Positions 53,667 to 64,000 of a DNA stretch of 64,000 nt are shown piece by piece; position 1 is the stretch's first letter; the number at the start of each line of letters is the position of its first letter. Below the pieces are notes generated by a model. That model made no database searches, was not told the DNA's origin, and was given only the letters and a program-made list of their open reading frames with translations. The position numbers and the translations under genes are program-made. The stretch spans positions 1,619,838 to 1,683,837 of the forward strand of contig NW_019091362.1 in the NCBI RefSeq assembly GCF_001949145.1, in the 5' to 3' direction. This stretch comes from Acanthaster planci. Taxonomy: Eukaryota.

Positions 53667-56600
53667 AGATGGATTAAAGTTTACTGTATTGGTCAGGAAC
53701 ACCGGGCAAGGACGTCCGATTTGCATGTTAATTGAGTAATTGCAATCCATTTGTACATATGGGTTGAAATGACCCGACTTAAAGCGTCAGTATTGTTTAT
53801 TTCGTAATTTTCAACTGTTGCGACTCTCGCTTTTGAGAGCTTAAGAACACGTTCTTGGTATGCTGTACATTGCCAGCACGTACAGATTAAGTTTCCAAGA
53901 CGTGTTTGTAACACTAGGTAAGGTGTTCACCACTTAACTTCTTTCACCGAAATAACGTTGAAAAAAAAACAACACTCACTGTTTGTAAATATAAATAAAA
54001 TTCGTATATAGAAGCAAAAAAAATGGAATTTTTCAGTATGACAATTCAAGCATTGATCAAAGTGCATTATTTCGTGAGCTATCGGCAGCGTTGCACGGAA
54101 GGTTATGACAGGGTTTTATAATTTCGTCACAGATGGTTGTTTTGGACACTTTTTGTTTGTTTGTTTGTTTGTTCCCCTGTTTCCTGAGGACGTTACACAA
54201 GAGCTGAAATGGCTTAAGGAATCTATCCACAGGTAAATGTCAAACTGGCGCCCCCAGCGCGAGGAAGTTAAGGATCAGTGCTTGAATAATCCAGCGCTTC
54301 ATTCGCATTAGGTAAGTATTCTGACTAAGCAGAGGGAGTCGGACCCTAGAAAGTTTCCTACGTGCGGAGTGTAAGGTTTCGTGCAGATTGCTTGGACTTC
54401 TTACTAAGTAATTAAGCGTGCGTGAACAGTTGTTTTGAAACAATGCATCAAAGTTTCGAGAGGAAGCCGTCCCATCTCTCTCTTGACTATTAAGCGAGAA
54501 CTTTTTCATTAAGCAACAGGACAGCCAAAAATGAAACGAATGAGGAAAGGTATGTAAACAAAGTTTGACAGAACGTACCACAATGTTGCTTGATGCGTTG
54601 GTGGACAGAAAGCATAATATCCAATGCAATCCAAGGTCCACAGAGCCCGAGAACCGCAAAGTTTACTCTTTTGTCTCAAGATGCTAACAAATGGTGGTGT
54701 TGGCCCGCAAGAGAACCCGGTGTCTCTTTCACCGACACTGTTTAGTGAGCCGAATTCGTGTGAACGAATTGTGTCTGACGTGCCGCAATGCGTGTACGAT
54801 GAAAACAATGAAAGCCAGCGTCGTCAGACTTGCTTTCAGACTGGTGGTCCCAACGCGTGCATTTTGACGATTTCTCCCATAGTGGGGTATAGACTCGTAA
54901 GGCGCGACAGTGGTACGTCCCCCGGTTGTACGGTTTACAGGGTCTGCTTGACGTCAGAGAGACAGCTCAGCTAAGTCCGGTCGCTGCCAAATACGGAAAC
55001 ACAGACTCATTATCGGGCAGCTATGACGTTTATCTGACGTCATCCGGAGGGACCCTGGAGCTTTGAGATGTGAGCAACCGGGGAATGCTAAAGAGGGGCC
55101 GCTTAATGATGACGTTCAATCCAGGGGTCCAAGGATCAAAAGGGTCCAAAGGGGTGTGCCCGTGCCACTCAAAGTTGGTTACCAGACAGGTTCCAATAGT
55201 TTGCTTATTCTTGAACAAATCATTCCTGAACTGGATGAAGTACGGAGGAAGATATTTGTTAGTAAAAAATGCTCTCCCTTTAATTTTAAGTAGTCTTGGT
55301 GAGATTTGATCGTGTTTGATCGACTTTTTCGGGTTTTAAAAACATCAGTGATCGAAAAAAGTTACAACAAGCATGAGGGTTTATTGAAGAGTTTCATTTA
55401 CCCATCTTTTCGATCATACTCCAAGTGAGGATTTCTTCGGCAACCAAAAATCGAATAGAAGAGTCCAATATGGGTCAGAAGTTTTCTCTTGGTGGAAACT
55501 GTTTCACAAAACATTAAAGTACAAAATATGGACCCCCTCCTTTAAAGTTACCACCAGGTTTGTACCAAAATAGGATATTGTACATTCTACAGTATCCCAG
55601 GTAAGACTGACCTAGAATCCGGGTCTAGCGAGGCCCGACCCTCTCCTGGGTCACTTGAGCTTTTTCAGGTCATTTTTGAGCCATCTTTTGACCTGGGAAA
55701 GGGTCAAGCCCAATAGGACCCACATAACGGGTCAATCTGACTCGGGCGGTTTTAGAGTGAAAGTGTCCTTGGAATCTTTTGTTCAATACAAATGCTGTAT
55801 CAAAACTGATTGAAATTCAAATAAAAGAAAATCTATCGCTGGCCAGTTGAGATAATATCAATCATTAACTGTGCAGTAATGCACAACTGTGGCGGATATC
55901 GGCGCATTATAAGTGTTCTTATTATAAATAACTTCAAAATATGTAGGAAGGTATTCAAGCCAATGTAACTCTCCTTTCGAAACAGTAAAACATGAAATAA
56001 ATCCTTACCCTGTGCTCTCTTTCTTGTAAATTAACAGAGAGACCAACCGGAAATTAGAAACCGCTCGAGACATTGCCCCATGCGATTACCAACTTGCACA
56101 GTCTCTGCATTGGGGTTTATGGGCGTCGCCTTTTTTGAGGGGGGGGTGTGACCACTTTTTCAGGGGAGGTGAATTTTCAGGAGTCAAAGCAGCCTGAAGC
56201 TACAAAAACGATGAACAATTATGGACTGGAGTGGGTAATTTTGAGGGTTTCTTTTAAGCAAATTGATGATCTTTATTCCCTTTCAGCTATTTTTTATTTC
56301 TTTCAACCCCCCCCCTTTTTGTAAATATTTTCCAATCTTTCAAACCACCTTAACCCCAACTTGCGACACCCATGTCAGGGCCCACTTAGGAGGTAAATTT
56401 AAAGCAAGTTTAACCCTGGCTTCCTTTGCTTTGTTGTTAAGAACCTTGCTGAATTCCCTAAAAATCCTCCACCGTACAGGGAACCAATCCCACGTTCTAC
56501 ACTCTTGGAACTTGCAACAAACACCAAGCTCTGTTTAAAGTGATAGTGACTGGCTCTGTACATATATCTAAATTCTGTAAGACTGTATCGTATGAGAGAG

Positions 56601-59600
56601 ATCGGTGCTCGTGTTTTCTGATGGTTTGTCTATAATGTGAATTGGCAACCAGATTTGGAAGCATAAATGTTATTGCCCCAACGCTCGCGGACAGGTTGTA
56701 CGTGAGCGTTACATGCCTCCTCGACCCACTGGGTGAACGCACACGTCAAGCTTAAGAATGTGAGTGTGATTGGTTTATATGAAAATGGTAACTCCACAAA
56801 TGAATTGAGGTGACATTTTGTCTGAGGGGATTGGGATAGTTTGGCTTGGCCAGTTTGATACATAATTTTCACTGCAACTCTCCGTTGCTGCCTCTGCAAC
56901 GATCGTAATGTTTCCCTCAACTCCTCAGAACTTTTGGGTCATCTTCTCGTTCACAGAGTTTCTAAGGGAATTGTTCCATTCGTATTGGTATCAGAATTCC
57001 ACTACCTGGTATAATTCAAATAAAATCATATACGTAAATGGCTTACCTCAACTCTCCACGTGGGCCAAGGTAAACAAAAACAATGCAGACAATCCATGAT
57101 GCAGGCGATTACGTTTGTCCAGCAGAAGGAAAATATTTTGCAATCACGAAGTTCGTAAATCCCTCCGAAGCCCTCGTCATCCAGAATCAAACGCAAAATA
57201 TTCAGTTTCAACTCCCGCGTAACAGTTCGTATTTTGATCCAACGACCCTTGGCCATGTTGATTCTCCTCCTCCAAACATCCGGTTTTCCCCCAAAGAAGA
57301 CGGCACACGGCTTTCTCCATTGTCCCGCTCCCGTAGAATTCCTTATTTAACTCTGGAAATGCATAAAAAGGGGGCTCCGATTTCCTGTAGAATGAATGAA
57401 TTAAAAATAGTTAGGACTGAATCGCATGAATAGCAATTGTGCAGTTACATAAAAGGTTTCATAAATGCGTGGGTGGCCACGTGGAAAACCGAAAGTGATC
57501 TTGAGTATTTCTAGACTGTCCATGACCTGGCTGAGGAGCATTTTGCAGGCAAAACTGGACATGAACAGGACGTGAATACTCTCTGGTGGACCGTGTGGAC
57601 CTTTTTGGAAGAGAAAACCGAATTTTGAAAGCAGAAATCTTTGCGTTCTCTCTGAGACAGCTTAACGATGGGCTCGCCTTCAAGGTAAGATGCGTTCACG
57701 TTGTGCTTATATCATCCGTATGACCCATGATAAAAAAGACTGAATTTAGTACCAACGTGTCAGAAAATCTAAGGCTTTCATACACGACCCAATTCACTGA
57801 AGCGCTGTTAAAATTCCTGGCCACCATTTGAGAGTTACCGTGCGTTTGAGAGCTCACGCCTGCATTCTGTGGTATTCAAACCTCGATCCAATGTAAGGTA
57901 ACGACGAAAGGGTTGCAATTCGAACAATTTAAAAGTTGCACAATATAAGAATTGGGAATTGTTATTTCTGTAGTTTTCAGAGTTTGATCCAATGCATCAA
58001 TGTGGTGCTAGTTCATTTTTAAGATGTTTTGATTAGGTAGTATAAACTGTGTTTCCGTCAAGTAGATTGTAAGTGAACTGAACGATAACATTACTCTTTT
58101 TTGTCCATGAATATTTTAATTGGTAATAAGGATGCGAAGCAAACGTTTTGTATTTCCATTCATGTTTTTAAACACTGTGGCGTCGACAAGATGAAATGAA
58201 TACATACGATGTTCATTTGCATATAACGAAAAACAGTGTATGCCAGTTTGCACATGGTAACCGACGGTATACCACGCAAACGGCGAAGGCATTAAAGCAT
58301 TTTCAAGTTTGTTGCCTTAATTTTCTTACGCTCTACTTTTTGATAATAACAACTCTCTGAAAAAAAGCACTTGTGTTCACTTGTAACAAGAGGCTTCGAA
58401 TCGGTTATTTTTGTCCAGCTGTTATAACATCTTAAATGCCTTAGGTTTCTGTGTGCATAGACAGAAACTGCCATTTCGTAACTGAAGCACGAACATGATT
58501 TGCACTTGATTATATTATGCAGATCTTCTTGAGATTATTGTTTCAAGTTTGTTTAAAGACTCTTTCAAGCATCCAGACTATTTGTTTCACATGGTCGTAA
58601 TTACCGCGTACTTGCGTGCAAGGTCCGCAGCCCGGATAGTTTGGCAAGAGGAAAAGCTGGAGCACCGCATTTGGCGTCCGTATTCGGCTATCCCGTGAAT
58701 CGACGGTAGAATGAAAGCCGTTCTTAATATAGCTTGCTCTTGATCAAGCAGCACCGAGGCCAACTGCTTCTCTTGATTTACTTCTGACGTCAGCCTGTCC
58801 TCCCGTAATTACATACCAGACCAATATACTGCTGGACAGGTCGCTGCTGGCGCGTCAAACGCGTCATCGGCCGCTGAATATCTGATGATTCCAGGGCCAA
58901 GCCCCATTAAGTGAGAAGACAGGCTCCGCGCGCAGGCATCTGAAAATAAAGCATCCTTGCCTGTCGTAGCGTGCGTCACACGAGCTGCATTAACCGGGAA
59001 GCTGACGTAGAAAGCTCATTATGGCATGGGTTGAGCAGAGCAGAAGCGCCGACGATTTGTCTGCTTTAATCACATACTGACGTCCGTGTAGCGACGCAAT
59101 GCCATAGGCCGCCACTTCTAATCATTATGGGCGGCTGCTATGAGGATACAGGTATTAACATTTCCGAAACAGAAGCTGATAACAGTCGCACACTATTTAG
59201 ATTGGTCCAGCGCACGAATAAACTGTACGTCTTGAGTCTCATCAGTATTTTAATTTAAGCAATGGAAAGGTCATTGAATTGTGCCCTTTCGAATCCCGCA
59301 GAATCTCAGTCATAAGTGAGTAATCAATTTTAATCTCATTTCCGTACGTTTACTATACGAGCAAAACATGACCACACTAAGAAATTCCCTGTTTAAAATT
59401 TTAATCCAAAGTTTGGTTTTGTCATCCCATTTTTTTTGGGGGGGGGTTGGATTAATTCCAGGTTGATTCTCCAAAATACCGTTTAATATTAACAATTTGG
59501 TCAAAATGACCCAGAAATTCATTTTAACCCCCAAGTTGGGTTGACACAACCGGGACATAGTTGCAATTTTCACCCTCACTAGGGTTTAAATTTAACCCAG

Positions 59601-61172
59601 GCAATTTTCATTGCACCATTCAAACCTATCATTGTTAAAGGTCAATAAACAGATTGGGGTCTACAGCACGTATGAACGAAGCCTGTGGAATGCCTTTACC
59701 TATTAATAGCCAGATTACCGTTCACTGTGGCTGAAAACATTGACTTGTTGCGATTTCAAACAAAAGAAGTTAATAAGAACTTGTCTCACAGTTGTACCCA
59801 TTTTATCCCGGGTAAGTCAGTATTGATGTTTTGTAGCCCTACAGTTACCCCTGAGTCTGGTAAGCTACTGTTTTAGCTTTTGAACGGTATCAAGACTTGG
59901 AAATAAGACCAGGCGCAAATGCTTTAATTTAAAACCAAATTTCTTGTAATCACTATTTGCTCCCGTGACTTTTGGTACCTAAAATTACATTGTTTTTCTT
60001 CATGTCTCAGCTCCCATTTCTGTGAACTCCCAAAAATGCAAAACTAGGAAAGCGTAAATAGCTACATTTGAGGCATTAATCATGAATTTATGACGATTCA
60101 TGTTTTTTATTCACGATACGCTTGACATGGAATTATTGTTGTAGGCCTATTGGTATGCCGTTTGCAGTTCATTGGAAACGCGAGTCAATGCTTGATAGCC
60201 GCGTGTGAACTGCAGATTTTAGAGTCAATACGATCATCTTCTATGCTCAGCTGCGCTGCTTTTTAATTTTTTAGGTACAAGAAAACACTCTGCGGTGTTA
60301 CCTCAGAGTTGTCGGTACAACTGGTGTGGAAAAGAGGTCACTCCTGTGGTCTAATGCGTTTAACACGACGTGCGAATGTTTACTGAGTTCTCATCTGGAA
60401 GTTTAAATTCGTCTTGTTACGCTGCATATACTAACAGGTAGTTTTGCCTCGGAGGGCCCCACATTTTCTACCAATGAAATCTGAAAGTGCAGTCATTGAT
60501 TTGTGTCTCAGATTTCTGTACAAAAATGTTGATTTACTGCGGAGGTTCGAAATGGTTTTGAAATTAAATGTGCTCATTAATCGCGTGTTACTGGATTTGA
60601 CTGAACAGAACATTACTTCACGAAAACTTGATGCTGACGTGAGATATTTTTTTCTCTAACAGAGTAAATTTGTGCCTGCAAAAATAAATGCGTAGAACGA
60701 CAATAACTTACCATAAAAAGGCTTCTTTCTGAGTGAAAGTTCAAAGTTGAGTGCACATCACGTCTTACAATGCATTGGATAATTAGGCTGGATAACATAA
60801 CTTGATTTATGGCCATATCGGTTGTGGGCCAAAATGGTATTATGCTACTCAGTGGGGATGTTGCCACATTGCGCGCGCATGAATAAGGAAAGGGTTAGGC
60901 TCTGGTAAATTTCAGCATTCATTCTTAATGACAACATGGGCTTTTTTTGGAACAACCCCGATATAGTTTACATAGTTTAAGTTATACCGAGTCTGTAACT
61001 CGAGGAAGTGTTGCGCCTAACATGTACCTACCAAGATCTATCCCTTGTTAGTCCAACAACCTGTGAACGAACCAGAAAGTTAGAAAAAAAGAGACACAAA
61101 TAAGAAAAATTCATTCACTTGCCTCACTCCCGCATGGGGTTTAAAAAAGAAACCAGAAGACAAAAGACATAC

Positions 61173-61780
61173 CTGTTTCGCTTTGTTTGAAAAAAAATAT
61201 AGATATAATTCCACAAGACATGGTCCCGATATTCAATCCAGCGTAAACGAATTCCACATAAGTCGGCAAAAGTGTAAAACCACGAGTAGGGCAAGAGCTA
61301 CCAATTGTCCGCTCCATGGCATCGCGGTCATATGAAACGACTGCTTGATGTTTCTTCTGGTTTTGGTAAGAATGGAAGGACAGGGTGGCCAGCTCTGGTC
61401 CTCGGTTCGCTCCCTGTAGACGTCACCCGACCGGATATTCCGGCCAATACGAGCCGAGAGCAGCAGTGGCGCAGTGCCGGCGATACCATGGTCGCACTGA
61501 CGTGCTAAGCGCGCGGCCGAGGCCTCGGCCAGTGTCGCAGTGTCGAGCCTTTGTGCGTCACAGTCTACGTCAAACCCCTTCGATTTTTTCCCGCCCGATA
61601 AGGTTGACTACCCGTCGTCAAGAACGCATCTTCCTCGTCACAGTGCACGTCAGCACTGCTACTACGCTGCCGCTCGTTATCAGTCCTGACGCACGAAATA
61701 ATTACCCGCCCGCCATATAAGGAACGCACGACGTGTGCCTTAAGCACGGGGCATGATGCTAGTGACGCCGCACCAGCAAG
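61173..61780 (-). promoter_or_regulatory. distal CArG/CRE promoter-like CpG cluster with candidate first exon
   Basis: Perfect CArG CCATATAAGG at 61713-61722, at least six CGTCA/TGACG half-sites, TCAGT initiator at 61496-61500 and donor CAG|gtatgt at 61173. Confidence 0.55.
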
Positions 61781-64000
61781 CCGCTCACATTGCTCATCGT
61801 AATATTAATCAGGCGCAGTTAACAAGCCGGTAGTTATTAATTTCCCTCCGGGAAGAGTGATTCATGCCCCACGCTCAGCGTTAATGCATCTGTGCTGATG
61901 GTGCACTGTGCTTCGTGTGATAATGTCATCCAGGCTGCAGGCAAACATGAATTATTTATGTTGTAAAATGCTGAGTGGAAATTCCGTAGACAGTGGCTAA
62001 AATTTAGCTGGGAAGGAAGTAAGCCAAAATAGTCCGCGTGTCTTCATGTCGTTAAAAAGCACATACCTTGTGGTCTGTTTACCGAATGGAATAATTAGCC
62101 TATATCGTAGAAACCGGAACGTCATAGGTTGATGGAAACTCCGACTTTACCCCTGAAATGTTTGCCAAGATGTATTAGTCGCTGTTTACCTAAGGAACCG
62201 GGCTTTATGTGCTTTATTGCCTGTTTCAACAATCGTGCACAGTAACAGACAAGATGGTCCTTGCCTATCTCTCTGATAAATCAGCAATGTCATTCAAGGA
62301 CCCCCCTTCGTTCAGGGACGTATTCGTCACATACATGCATTATTGCCAAAAGGACATAAAGGATTGTCTCTGGCCACCATTTGTCGCGCAGCAAGGCATA
62401 TTATACATTTTGCGTTCACGTGCCGCCTTTGGTAGACGCCAAGTTATTGCACCTTTTGTGGCGCTCTTCAATGCATGCCAACAGCATTGAACAGTGTCAT
62501 CATATAGCTGGACACAAAATGGATACTGTTTACCTAAATTCATTAGTTTAAAGTATGCCATAGTGCGTTTCACCTAACGCCATTTTATGTCCATAGTAGG
62601 CAATTCTCACGGAGGCAATTCTTGCGCCCTCTGTGCGCAGATTAAGATGATTTTTGACAAGCCAAGCTTGTCCTAACATCATCTTGCAGCGCAATAAACA
62701 CAGTGTCGAACTCGGTGGCTGGCCACAAAGGGGACCTGGGGACTAACTTCCCGGTGCAATACTTGCAAGCTTCTTTGAAATATTTCGTTGGCCTACATAA
62801 TTGTAGAGTTCCAGTAAAAACAAAAGGCACCTTTTTAAAACATAGTGACTGCAGAGTGCGCAGGTAAGACATGATTAGCTATTGTAGGTCGTATTTCCGC
62901 TTAAATAATGAAACGGACGTGCGAAAGAACTTTTTTTTGGGGGGGGGGAACAATGACTCAACTACAGCGGAAGGACACAGAAGGAACTGCAACTCTGGCA
63001 CTTCAAAGTGTTCAATTACCGTCACCGCCGAGTCAGACGAATAATAGAAAACATTCCCAAATGCCCCATTACTGCTTGCATCTTGGCCGGACAAGCGGGG
63101 CCAGTAATATCCTAGTAGTACTTGTACTGTTTTGCTTGCCATTAAATACAAATTATTTTTGTGACCGGGAAATAGAGAGAGAAAAATCCCCGATGTTAGA
63201 CCTACTTTTGCCATTGTGAAAAAAAACTTTTAAAATTTTGATTCACTGTTCCATTATCCATGCAAAGTTTGTAATTTATTATCCGTCCAATACATCAGTT
63301 TTCAAAGATTTGGTACAAATTTGGCTAAGAGTTGCAAACAAAATGTTGACTACTACTATAGAAAGCTCAGTTCATAAGGAACAAAATGCACTATTTCATC
63401 ACAGGGACTGATCATGAAGTCTCGTAAAATACGCTTTTGTACCAATGCCATAATAAAGGTGATTTGAACAAGCAAAAAATCTTGTAAACAACGGGACTAT
63501 TTATTCCCAAATTAACTCCAGAAGAAAGCGCTCATTTAGGGCAATGACTACACATGAACATTTAGGGCACACGGTGTAATACAAGCAACCGTGCAAGCAT
63601 TAAATTTGATGTTCTGAGATCATATCAAGCACCGACAAATGTATGAATATTCAATTTCCCATACCTCAGTGCACAAAGTTTTAAGGATGCAGATTACCAG
63701 CGACAAATTGCGGCGGTGATCATTGGGTACAGAGGGGTTTCGTGGTTGTGAAACAGATGGTGCGTAGCAAGCGCTCGCTGGGCTCTGGCTATGGACACAC
63801 TGGGTATGAAAAGCGGTAATTGGCCAGATGTTAGAGCCCAGGCAGCTCAAACTCCTGTGTCCTTCCTCTATGGTGAAATCTAGTTACACCATTGGTCCAA
63901 ATAACACCTTGTGATATCCTCACTGAACTACTCAACACGTATAAAAGCATCCGGATGTTTTTCTTCTGGCGTGGAAGCAAACGAATGGATATCATTTTGG

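Noticed and set aside
57083..57433. 116-aa plus-strand ORF
   Set aside because: No recognisable family; better explained as the antisense of a candidate NR4A leader exon.

Overview
This is eukaryotic (animal) genomic DNA from a draft assembly, with a 246-N gap at 29122-29367. The repeat types and intron positions suggest an invertebrate deuterostome, possibly an echinoderm (inference). It holds two spliced minus-strand genes. (1) An FLVCR/SLC49-family MFS transporter, predicted to carry choline/ethanolamine: 10 coding exons from 25764 to 6069, about 542 aa, including one GC-AG intron. (2) An NR4A (Nurr1/Nur77/HR38-class) orphan nuclear receptor: 7 coding exons from 47243 to 42735, 764 aa, with a ~2.4 kb 3'UTR carrying ARE and Pumilio motifs. 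The ~15 kb upstream of NR4A looks like an immediate-early-gene control region, with many CRE palindromes, a perfect CArG box, a MEF2-type site, CCAAT boxes and up to four candidate first exons. The rest is non-autonomous DNA transposons (Sola2-, Harbinger-, hAT- and Kolobok-like), tRNA-derived SINEs and microsatellites. Almost all ORFs in the supplied track are spurious or are exon fragments. I found no CRISPR array, RNA gene or intact transposase, and no clearly new multi-gene system. The best leads are NR4A leader/uORF logic, an unusual NR4A charge-clamp residue, the FLVCR-IEG linkage and a sharp CpG boundary. Motif counts were made by eye.
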